A stretch of 64,000 nt of DNA from Candidatus Omnitrophota bacterium. GTDB lineage: Bacteria > Omnitrophota > Gorgyraeia > Zapsychrales > Fredricksoniimonadaceae. The translations under genes and the position numbers were made by a program. The notes beneath the pieces were generated by a model. That model searched no databases, had not been told where the DNA came from, and saw only the letters and a program-made list of their open reading frames with translations. This document shows, in pieces, positions 56,345-64,000 of the stretch (positions are counted from its first letter, which is position 1; each line of letters begins with the position of its first letter). The stretch is taken from NCBI GenBank assembly GCA_030650275.1, contig JAUSEK010000005.1:39307-103306 (forward strand), given 5' to 3'.

Positions 56345-56841
56345 TGTGGTTTTTCATGCACACCTGTTATATCCTCTCCCTCCTGTCCTTGGGGATGATC
56401 CTGGTCGTGTTCGGCCAAAGTTTTGTCCCCTTTGCGGTCCTTAACGCCAGCCCCATGTCGTTTTTGGTCCTCACGAGCATCGTTTACCTGTTGACGGAAA
56501 CGCTCGTCATGTTTTTCTTCGTCGGCACGGGTGTGAGCGTCAAGGAATACATGCTGGAACACAAGATCTCGGGCAACTATCACCAGCGTTTGATCGCGCT
56601 TAAGCGCAAATTGTATCCCCCGCAATTGCTCAATATCCTCATCCTGATGACAGCGTTCATCTTTTACGGCGCCGTGGACACGGGCAAAATGCCGGTATGG
56701 GTTTATCAGGGGCTTTTGCTGGCCGGCATCATCCATTTTTGTTATGCCAAAAGGATACAGCATCAGTGTTTCAGGGAAAACACGGATGTGATCTTGAAGA
56801 TGGCCGGCATTAATAGGGGACAACATGTACTGGGCAGCTAA
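56344..56841 (+). CDS. Hypothetical 4-TM membrane protein
   Basis: Hydrophobic helices. ATGA overlap with the fdxA stop. Confidence 0.35.
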   Translation: MWFFMHTCYILSLLSLGMILVVFGQSFVPFAVLNASPMSFLVLTSIVYLLTETLVMFFFVGTGVSVKEYMLEHKISGNYHQRLIALKRKLYPPQLLNILILMTAFIFYGAVDTGKMPVWVYQGLLLAGIIHFCYAKRIQHQCFRENTDVILKMAGINRGQHVLGS

Positions 56842-57122
56842 AATATTTCAGGCAGCTGGTTTGGCGATCATGATCCTGGGTTTTATCGGGCATTTCCCGA
56901 AAACAATGCCTCTGAACATCCTGTTGCTGTCTATTGTCTTTTTTGCCATTGGATGGGTCATCCAGGTGATCGTGTTGAAAAAATGAGGACGATCCTGAAA
57001 TTTGATACCGGAGCGGACGGTTTTAAGAAAATGATGATCGTCCTGGGTGTGGCGGCGCTTGTGGTCTTGGGCGTCGGGGTTTATTTTCTGAATATGGTCA
57101 TGAACGAAATGAGGCCGATATC

Positions 57123-57431
57123 ATGAGATGGATGGAAAAACTAAAATCAAAATGGGATATCCAAAGCAATTGGGATTTCTGGATGATCATGCTCACTTTC
57201 TCGCTGGCCGGCACCTCCATCATGTCCATACGTAATGTCATTTTTCCTTTACTGGGCATTGAGGCCGGCACCCCTCTGTGGGTAAAGATCCTGGTCTATA
57301 TCCCCCTTTTTCCGCCGGTCTATCAGCTGGGACTGTTGTTCTTTGGGTTTATCCTGGGACAATTCCCGTTCTTCTGGGAAAAAGAAAAGAGATTGGCGAA
57401 ATTCTTAATGAAGCGTTTCAGGCGGGCTTGA
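57123..57431 (+). CDS. Hypothetical small membrane protein
   Basis: 3 TM helices. Preceded by two unlisted mini-ORFs (53 and 47 aa, both hydrophobic) at 56825..56986 and 56983..57126. Confidence 0.3.
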   Translation: MRWMEKLKSKWDIQSNWDFWMIMLTFSLAGTSIMSIRNVIFPLLGIEAGTPLWVKILVYIPLFPPVYQLGLLFFGFILGQFPFFWEKEKRLAKFLMKRFRRA

Positions 57432-58431
57432 AAACGTAAAGCATCAAGTAGATCAAAACCCCGGTCACGGAAACGTACATCCATGTCGGGTAAAGCCATT
57501 TGGTGATGCGGGTATGTTTCTGGAATTCCCCCCGGTACGCGTGCCGCAGGGCCATGAGGATAAACGGCACGATCAGCACCGCTAATGGCGTATGTGTCCC
57601 TAAAATAAAGAAGTATATCGCCCGCCACATCCCGGACCCCTTGTAGTGTGTAATTCCCGCCGACGTCAGGTGATAATACAGATACGTGCATAAAAACAGG
57701 GCCGAGGACGCAAAAGCGCAAAGCATGAATTTTTTATGCGTGACCCGGTCTTTACGTTTGATGGCCAAAAATCCCAGCACCAGAAAGACCCCTGCCAGGC
57801 CGTTGAGCAACGCGTTGATCGTCGGTAAAAGCGGGACGCTCATCCCTTTTTTCTCCCTTAAAACAACGGCAATGTCCTTGAATAACCGCGCGAGTTTTTT
57901 CTTGTCCATCCCGTCATAATAGCCCCGGATACGCCCCTGTCTGTCCACCAGCGTGAAATAACTGCTGTGAAAGACCGGTTCATCCACCTTGCCCAACTTG
58001 AATGATTGCGCGGAGAGTTTTTGTATATCCGCCAATGGTCCTGTCAAAAAAAACCATCGGTCCGTGTTCGCCTTGAATTTCTTTGCGTAGGTCTTGAGGG
58101 TTTCAGGCGTGTCGGTGTCCGGATTGACCGAAATAGACACCAGGCGCACATCATCTACCAGGACATAGGAACGGTGCAGTTTGGCCATGTTGGCGCCCAT
58201 GACCGGACAGATTCCGCCGCAGGTGGTGAACATGAAGTCCGCCACCCACACCTTACCTTTGAGATCTTGCAGTGAAACGGTTTTCCCATCGCTATTGAGC
58301 AATCGGAAATCCGTCAACTGTCCGATCACAGGCAAAGGTTGGACTGGTTTAAGAAAATAAACCAAGGCCGCGCAAAAAAGGACCGCAAAGAACAGGATCT
58401 GTGAAAAGAAGAAACGTTTGGAAAACATCAT
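57418..58431 (-). CDS. SCO1/SenC-like thioredoxin-fold copper chaperone fused to a DUF420-type membrane domain
   Basis: The start at MMFSKR (58431) gives an ATGA overlap with cyoE. It has a TlpA/SCO-like CGGICP motif and a C-terminal 4-TM domain rich in conserved His/Tyr. Confidence 0.6.
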   Translation of the reverse strand: MMFSKRFFFSQILFFAVLFCAALVYFLKPVQPLPVIGQLTDFRLLNSDGKTVSLQDLKGKVWVADFMFTTCGGICPVMGANMAKLHRSYVLVDDVRLVSISVNPDTDTPETLKTYAKKFKANTDRWFFLTGPLADIQKLSAQSFKLGKVDEPVFHSSYFTLVDRQGRIRGYYDGMDKKKLARLFKDIAVVLREKKGMSVPLLPTINALLNGLAGVFLVLGFLAIKRKDRVTHKKFMLCAFASSALFLCTYLYYHLTSAGITHYKGSGMWRAIYFFILGTHTPLAVLIVPFILMALRHAYRGEFQKHTRITKWLYPTWMYVSVTGVLIYLMLYVFKPA

Positions 58432-59297
58432 AGAATGGAGAGATCTAATATGATCACAAAAAGCAATAACGGCAGATACAGGACGGAAGCTCCCAGCAAG
58501 CGGCGGGCATCCGGCATGGAGTGGGAGCAAAGCAGGCGCCAACCGGCATATAGAAAACCGGACCCGAGGACCACGGCGCCGGCCAGATAGAATTTTCCGG
58601 ACATGCCCATCAAAAACGGCAGAACGGAAACGGCCAAAAGCATGAGACAATAGAAAATAGCGTGGCGAAATGTTGAAATGCCATCGGGCTCAACCACCGG
58701 CAGCATTTTGAATCCCGCTTTTGTATAATCCTCTTTGCACAGCCAGGCAATGGCATAAAAATGCGGATGCTGCCAGGCAAAAAGAATAAGAAACAGCACC
58801 CATGCCCCGGGATCAAGATGACCGGTCGCGGCCGCCCACCCTCCCATCGGCGGAATGGCCCCGGGAATGGCCCCGATCGTCGTATTCAACCAACTGATCT
58901 TTTTCATGGGCGTATACACCAAAATATACAAGAATGCCGTTAGCAACGACAGGAATGCCGTCAATAAATTGACCCTCCAGCACAACAAAGAAACCCCCAT
59001 GAGGATCATCAGGATCCCGTAGGCCAGGGCATTGGCTGGGGTGATGGTCCCCCTGGGCAAAGGCCTGTTTTTTGTGCGCTTCATCAGGGCATCACTGTCG
59101 CGTTCCAGATAATGATTGAGCGCCCCGGCACCCGCGCAGGTCAAGGCCGCGCCCAAAAGCGTCAAAGCCAGAATTCCCCAATCCCGCACGCCTTTTCCAG
59201 CCAGATAATACCCCAATGCCGTTGTCACCAGCACGAGCATTAAAATGCTCGGCTTGGACAATTCAATGTAGGCGTTCCATTTTTCTTTATTGATCAT
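58428..59297 (-). CDS. cyoE: Protohaem IX farnesyltransferase (haem O synthase)
   Basis: UbiA-family polytopic protein with N/D-rich motifs (NHYLERDSD, DxxxD). Confidence 0.9.
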   Translation of the reverse strand: MINKEKWNAYIELSKPSILMLVLVTTALGYYLAGKGVRDWGILALTLLGAALTCAGAGALNHYLERDSDALMKRTKNRPLPRGTITPANALAYGILMILMGVSLLCWRVNLLTAFLSLLTAFLYILVYTPMKKISWLNTTIGAIPGAIPPMGGWAAATGHLDPGAWVLFLILFAWQHPHFYAIAWLCKEDYTKAGFKMLPVVEPDGISTFRHAIFYCLMLLAVSVLPFLMGMSGKFYLAGAVVLGSGFLYAGWRLLCSHSMPDARRLLGASVLYLPLLLFVIILDLSIL

Positions 59298-60283
59298 CGG
59301 GCAGATAACATCCCTTTAAATTTTACCCAGGTCATGGGCGAAGCGCGCAGCACCAACAAAAGCGATAACCCCAGGACAACCGCTCCCATGGTGACGTGGG
59401 CCGTCGTCGTATATACTTCTTTCTCGAAAATGACCGTGGCGATCCCCAGCATGATCTGCGCAAACATCATCAGATTCAGCCAATACAGCGTTTTCATCAC
59501 CAGGGGCTTGGCCAAATGGTCGCGATAGGCCACATGATTGATAAAAAATAATTTTGCTAAAATTAAAAATGCCCAAACACGATGTAAAATATGTATATGC
59601 ACCTGGCCCATACGGACAGGCTCAAGGTTTTGTTCAAAACGCCAGGCATTGATCCTGTTGAGCATGTCTTGGTCAAAGGTGGGAATGAGCGACCCTCCCA
59701 TGGTCGGAAAATCCGGAACAGCCAGTCCTGATCCGGTATGGCGCATGACATTGGCGATCATCAGTTGAACATACACCATCCCGAAAAGGATGAACGTATA
59801 TTTCAGGAATTTTGTGTCCGTCCCTTCATCGTTCGCCTTTAAACGGTTTTTGCGCTCAACACAAAAAGCGTACGCGAGCAGGACCGTCATGCAAAAAAAT
59901 GTTTGGGCCAGCACCCCGTGGCCCGAGGAGAGCAATACCGGTAAAAAGAACAGGACAGCCAGCCCGCCCAAAACGCCCTGGGCTACGACGGTCAACAGCG
60001 CCGCTACCCCTAGTTTTTTGATCCAGCCCTCAACAGGCGTGCGGCACAGCCAGATCGTCAGGACCAGGACAAGCAGTCCGACGAAAAAGGCGATCATGCG
60101 GTGGCCGTGTTCATAAAACACCCCTCCGACCATGGGCGGGAATAATGTGCCGTACGACAAAGGCCAATCCGGCACAGCCAGGCCTGACTCGGTGCTTTTA
60201 ACAAGGCCGCCGGCAAAGATCAAAAAAAGCGTTGAACCGCAGACGAATTTTGTATAACGGCGTAGGGTTAAGAAATCAGGCAT
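59294..60283 (-). CDS. ctaA: Haem A synthase (CtaA/COX15 family)
   Basis: 8 TM helices with conserved His pairs. Start chosen at MPDFLTLRR, just downstream of the coxB stop; the longer ORF reaches 60355. Confidence 0.65.
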   Translation of the reverse strand: MPDFLTLRRYTKFVCGSTLFLIFAGGLVKSTESGLAVPDWPLSYGTLFPPMVGGVFYEHGHRMIAFFVGLLVLVLTIWLCRTPVEGWIKKLGVAALLTVVAQGVLGGLAVLFFLPVLLSSGHGVLAQTFFCMTVLLAYAFCVERKNRLKANDEGTDTKFLKYTFILFGMVYVQLMIANVMRHTGSGLAVPDFPTMGGSLIPTFDQDMLNRINAWRFEQNLEPVRMGQVHIHILHRVWAFLILAKLFFINHVAYRDHLAKPLVMKTLYWLNLMMFAQIMLGIATVIFEKEVYTTTAHVTMGAVVLGLSLLLVLRASPMTWVKFKGMLSAR

Positions 60284-60288
60284 AGGGA

Positions 60289-61056
60289 TCAATTCCAAAA
60301 AGAGTCGCCGCCGGAATTTGAAGAACCTCCGGCAGTCGGTTGTTGGGCCAGCCATTGGTCATACTCCGCCTCGGAATGGACCGTATAGAATCCCTTCATA
60401 CGGTAATGGCCGATGCCGCACAATTGGGCGCAGGTGATCTCCCAGGCCCCGGTTTTGGTGGGTGTAAACCATGTCTTGATGCTCATGCCAGGGATCACAT
60501 CCTGTTTGACGCGCATTTCCGGCAGGGTAAAACAATGGATGACGTCCTTGGAGGACAAATGGATGATGAGCGGCCTGCCCACCGGCATGTGCAATTGGTT
60601 GATGGCCGTGATATCGTCCTGGGCGTTCGGGTCGCTCAAATCCAGGCCGATGGGATTGGTCTGCTGGTCCACCAATTTGGGATTTGTCCTGCCGAACACG
60701 CCGTCCTTGCCGGGATAATGAACGTTCCAAGCGAATTGCTCGGCAACGATCCTTACTTCAATGGCGTCGGGACGGTCAGGAAAAGCATTGACCTGTTTGG
60801 CCCAGAAGGGGATGGAGAACCCGACAAGGAAAATCACCTCGATGACGACCACGGCCAATTCCACATAACTGTTGGCCTGGCTTTTAAACCCCGCGTAATC
60901 GGCTTTTGGGTTGACCCGGCAGTTAAAGCGCAGCAGCACAAAAACAAAAAACAGCCCCCAACCGACGGACAGGACGATCATGAACGCGTGCATGTATATG
61001 ATGAGCGCGTCTATCTCATAACCGTGGGCGGAAGCGTTTACAGGAAGACCAAACAT
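60289..61056 (-). CDS. coxB: Cytochrome c oxidase subunit II (CuA centre, no cytochrome c domain)
   Basis: Two N-terminal TM helices and CuA ligands H...CAQLCGIGHYRM. Confidence 0.85.
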   Translation of the reverse strand: MFGLPVNASAHGYEIDALIIYMHAFMIVLSVGWGLFFVFVLLRFNCRVNPKADYAGFKSQANSYVELAVVVIEVIFLVGFSIPFWAKQVNAFPDRPDAIEVRIVAEQFAWNVHYPGKDGVFGRTNPKLVDQQTNPIGLDLSDPNAQDDITAINQLHMPVGRPLIIHLSSKDVIHCFTLPEMRVKQDVIPGMSIKTWFTPTKTGAWEITCAQLCGIGHYRMKGFYTVHSEAEYDQWLAQQPTAGGSSNSGGDSFWN

Positions 61057-61067
61057 ATTTGTTTTCC

Positions 61068-61283
61068 TTAATGATCAAGCATGGACCTGCGCCGCAGGGA
61101 CAGAAAAAAATAACCGAATCCTCCCAGGACGAACATCACGATCACCAGCAATGTCAGCATGCCAAAATTCAATCCCTTGGCCATCGGGGACGTTGGATCC
61201 CCGAAACAAACGGCGCAGGCGCGCACGGACGGGGCCCACACAGTGCACAACAGGATGGTTGACAAAAGCGCGAACGTGTTCAT
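61068..61283 (-). CDS. Small membrane protein with CxxC motif (oxidase-cluster associated)
   Basis: 71 aa with a TM, CAVCFGDP, and a second TM. Confidence 0.3.
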   Translation of the reverse strand: MNTFALLSTILLCTVWAPSVRACAVCFGDPTSPMAKGLNFGMLTLLVIVMFVLGGFGYFFLSLRRRSMLDH

Positions 61284-61465
61284 AAAGACTTGTATCGGCG
61301 ATAAAATTTAAGGCCATACCACCCCAGCAAAACGGCGCCGATGGCCGCCAAGATCCCCAAAAACTGCGTTTGGGGTTGTTGGGATACCATGGTCAACACG
61401 ACCAGCAAAAGACACAGCGCGAAACAAATACCAATGAAACACAGGTGGATGAATTTAATGCCCAT
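61280..61465 (-). CDS. Small 2-TM membrane protein
   Basis: 61 aa, hydrophobic. Overlapping stop/start with both neighbours. Confidence 0.3.
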   Translation of the reverse strand: MGIKFIHLCFIGICFALCLLLVVLTMVSQQPQTQFLGILAAIGAVLLGWYGLKFYRRYKSL

Positions 61466-61826
61466 GTCCCGCCTCCACCGGCACGCCGGTAGCCTGCTGC
61501 GCCATTAATTCATAGGAAAGGTCCCTTGTTCCCAGCAGATAATTATAATGGTTACCCGTGGTCAGGAACATCATGCTGAAAAAGAAAAATACGGTGAAGG
61601 CCAGAATACTGTATATCAATTGGCGTTCGGAAAGCAAATGCATAAAAAACCCGACCACCAGGAACCCTTTGACACAGGCGACCATGAGGGCCAGGGTCAC
61701 GGCCAGATGGGTCGGCAAATGCAGGCGGTTGATAGCGACCGTGATGCCCGTCAACAGCAGTAGAGCGCCGAAGACCAGCAGATAGGCGCGTATTTCCTTA
61801 TGAATGTCATGCGTATGTCCGAACAT
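61455..61826 (-). CDS. Cytochrome oxidase subunit IV-like small membrane protein
   Basis: 123 aa, 3 TM helices, immediately downstream of subunit III. Confidence 0.45.
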   Translation of the reverse strand: MFGHTHDIHKEIRAYLLVFGALLLLTGITVAINRLHLPTHLAVTLALMVACVKGFLVVGFFMHLLSERQLIYSILAFTVFFFFSMMFLTTGNHYNYLLGTRDLSYELMAQQATGVPVEAGHGH

Positions 61827-61841
61827 GTGTCTACTCTCCTA

Positions 61842-62435
61842 TTACAGTAAATACAGGACCGGGAACAGAAATATCCAGACCAGGTCCACAAAGTGCCAGT
61901 ACAGACCGGCCACCTCGATACGGTTAGTAAAGCGTTCGGGATCGGTCCGCCACATTTTTGACCCAGGACCTATCAGATAGGACATGACAACGATCCCCCC
62001 CGCCACGTGCAGGGCGTGCAGGCCGGTCAAGGTAAAATAAATACCCAAAAAATTGTTCGTGGCCGGAAAAAGCCCGTGCGCGAACTTTGCGGAATACTCG
62101 AAATATTTGACAATAAGAAAAATGAACGCGCACAGCATGGTCAGCCCCAGATAAAGCTTGCAACGCTGAAGGTTCTTCATACGCAATGATGCCCAGGCAA
62201 GAACGACCGTCACGCTGGAGGCAATAAGGACGACCGTGTTGAGCGTGGCCAGGGGGATGTTGAGCAGAGATGCCCCCTGCGGCCAGTTCGGCGACCCTAT
62301 GCGCAGCAGGACATAGGACGAGAACAAAGACCCGAACAGCATGACCTCAGCGCTCAAGAACAGCCATATGCCCAGTTTGGCGTTAAAAAGCCCCGTGTCA
62401 GGCCGTTCGTGGACTGTATAGGGAATGGCGTCCAT
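61842..62435 (-). CDS. ctaE: Cytochrome c oxidase subunit III
   Basis: Haem-copper oxidase subunit III fold ending in WHFVDLVWIFLFPVLYLL. Confidence 0.85.
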   Translation of the reverse strand: MDAIPYTVHERPDTGLFNAKLGIWLFLSAEVMLFGSLFSSYVLLRIGSPNWPQGASLLNIPLATLNTVVLIASSVTVVLAWASLRMKNLQRCKLYLGLTMLCAFIFLIVKYFEYSAKFAHGLFPATNNFLGIYFTLTGLHALHVAGGIVVMSYLIGPGSKMWRTDPERFTNRIEVAGLYWHFVDLVWIFLFPVLYLL

Positions 62436-62438
62436 GAG

Positions 62439-64000
62439 TTATTTCTCCTGTTTCTGGTATTGCGGGGTGAAGTCCTCGCCGGCACCCGGCACGCTGTATT
62501 CATAAGGCCCGCGGTAAGCGGCCACAGGTGTCAGAAAATTCCCGTGTCCCGGCGGCGACGGGCAGGCCCATTCAAGAGTGGTGGCTTTCCAGGGATTGTC
62601 GTCATGGATGCGTTTGCCCCTGAACATGCTCCAGATGACATTAAAAATGAACACCAGCTGGACCGCGCCCATGATAAAGGCCGCGATGGAGATAACGACA
62701 TTCCAGTGCAGGACCGGTTGATTGATGGCATAACTGGATCCCCCGTCATATAAACGCCGCGACATGCCGGCCAGGCCCTGGATCAGCATGGGGAAAAAAA
62801 TAAAATTCATACAAACAAAAGAAGGCCAAAAATGCAAATGACCCAGGACCTCATTCATTTTACGGCCCGTTATTTTTGGGAACCAGTAGTAGATGCCGGC
62901 AAACAACGCAAAAATTGTCCCCGGCGCTACCACGTAATGGAAATGGCCTATGACGTAATAGGTATCGTGCAGGTGGATGTCCGCGGCGGAAAGGCCCAAC
63001 GGCAGACCTGTAAGGCCGCCGATGCCGAACATCGGCAGAAACGCCAGGGCGAAGAGCATGGCGGTGTTAAACCGTATGGACGCACCCCACAGCGAGATGA
63101 ACAGTGCCGTCAAAATGACCACCGATGGGATGGAAATGATCATGGTGGTGGCCTGGAAGAACACGCTGATGGCTGGACCCATGTTGGTCAAGTACATGTG
63201 ATGGGCCCAGACGATGAACGACAAAAAGCCCAGCACGACGATCGAGTAGACCATGGTCTTATAGCCCCAGATGGGCTTGCGGATATTGTTGGCGATGATC
63301 TCGGTGACGATGCCCATGGCCGGCAGGATGAGCACGTACACTTCCGGATGGCCCAGGAACCAAAACAAATGCTGCCACAACAACACGCTGCCTCCTCCGG
63401 CCACGTTCATGGGCTGGCCGCTGACGAAGAGGCCTGATGGCAAAAAGAAACTGGTACCGGCCACCCTGTCAAGCAATTGCAGGATGCTGGCCCCTTCCAG
63501 CGGTGGGAACGCCAGCAACAGCAGGAAGCCCGTGACCAATTGCGCCCAGACAAAAAACGGCAGGCGCATCCATGTCATCCCCGGGGCGCGTAACTGAAAA
63601 ATAGTGGCGATAAAATTGATGGCAGCCAGTAAAGACGAGTTGATAAGAAAAACCATCCCGATCAGCCACACCGTCTGGCCTATGGGCGCGATGTCCGCCA
63701 GCGGTGGATACGACGTCCATCCGGAACTGGCCGCGCCTCCGGGGACAAAGAAACCGCAGAGCATCAATACCCCGCCGATGAAATACAGATCATAACTGAC
63801 CATGTTCAACTTCGGGAATGCCATGTCCGGTGCGCCTATCTGCAGGGGCACGAGGTAATTGCCGAACGCGGCGAAGACCAGCGGCACAATACCCAAAAAC
63901 ACCATAATGGTCCCGTGCATGGCGCCCAACTGATTGTAGAAATCGGGCGTCATGATGCCGCCGGGCATGAAATCCTCCCCGAACCACGTTCCAATGACGG
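62439..64000 (-). CDS. ctaD: Cytochrome c oxidase subunit I (5'-partial; runs off the window end)
   Basis: Haem a/a3 and CuB His ligands (MHG..., WQHLFWFLGHPEVY, HHMY). The frame is open past the ATG at 63968 to the window end, and helix I is missing inside the window. Confidence 0.9.
   Translation of the reverse strand, partial: VIGTWFGEDFMPGGIMTPDFYNQLGAMHGTIMVFLGIVPLVFAAFGNYLVPLQIGAPDMAFPKLNMVSYDLYFIGGVLMLCGFFVPGGAASSGWTSYPPLADIAPIGQTVWLIGMVFLINSSLLAAINFIATIFQLRAPGMTWMRLPFFVWAQLVTGFLLLLAFPPLEGASILQLLDRVAGTSFFLPSGLFVSGQPMNVAGGGSVLLWQHLFWFLGHPEVYVLILPAMGIVTEIIANNIRKPIWGYKTMVYSIVVLGFLSFIVWAHHMYLTNMGPAISVFFQATTMIISIPSVVILTALFISLWGASIRFNTAMLFALAFLPMFGIGGLTGLPLGLSAADIHLHDTYYVIGHFHYVVAPGTIFALFAGIYYWFPKITGRKMNEVLGHLHFWPSFVCMNFIFFPMLIQGLAGMSRRLYDGGSSYAINQPVLHWNVVISIAAFIMGAVQLVFIFNVIWSMFRGKRIHDDNPWKATTLEWACPSPPGHGNFLTPVAAYRGPYEYSVPGAGEDFTPQYQKQEK

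Noticed and set aside
63966-63987. GGAGG + ATG as the true start of cytochrome oxidase subunit I
   Set aside because: The frame is open upstream to the window end. A protein starting here would lack TM helix I, so I treat it as an internal Met of a gene truncated by the window.

Overview
This 64-kb window of a moderately GC-rich bacterial chromosome contains one mobile region and otherwise mostly housekeeping genes. Gram-negative-type features are present: pseudopilins, an aa3-type haem-copper oxidase and lipoproteins. There are four parts.

(1) 1..10968 is the right-hand end of an integrative-conjugative element (ICE). It carries a type IV secretion/mating-pair module running from a partial VirB4/TraC ATPase through VirB6, VirB8, VirB9 and VirB10 homologues to a VirD4 coupling protein. 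These are followed by an AlpA-type excisionase, a wHTH-MNT/HEPN toxin-antitoxin pair and a tyrosine integrase. The integrase stop codon overlaps the 5' end of a tRNA-Pro(GGG) gene.

(2) 10991..21132 is a core region: a PilZ protein, then a threonine/aspartate cluster (hom, thrC, a CoaB-like protein, an ApgM-family phosphoglycerate-mutase homologue in the position where thrB would be expected, lysC), then citramalate/isopropylmalate synthase and valS.

(3) 21165..33872 begins with a c-di-GMP-I (GEMM) riboswitch and an intrinsic terminator that lead a pseudopilin operon. It continues with nadC, a three-subunit molybdenum hydroxylase (xanthine-dehydrogenase/CODH family) whose XdhC and MocA maturation genes lie separately, a cyclophilin, and a class II Fic gene preceded by duplicated start-region repeats.

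(4) 33900..64000 opens with an AT-rich insert carrying TfoX_N-like and NYN-domain genes. A long minus-strand operon follows: a HemC(domains 1-2)-CobA-HemD fusion, hemB, hemL, a cupin, a Rho paralogue that lacks the whole N-terminal RNA-binding domain, and a START-like protein. Then come a cNMP-binding patatin, an acyl-CoA dehydrogenase, aroC, ilvD, leuCD and acnA (the last three flanked by long near-perfect palindromes), a ferredoxin, and a cytochrome c oxidase cluster ordered I-III-IV-small-small-II-ctaA-cyoE-SCO1/DUF420. Subunit I runs off the window edge.

No CRISPR array or rRNA gene was found. The candidates I consider most novel are the cupin plus NTD-less Rho pair embedded in the haem operon, the HemC fusion lacking domain 3, and the unusual ICE/tRNA junction.
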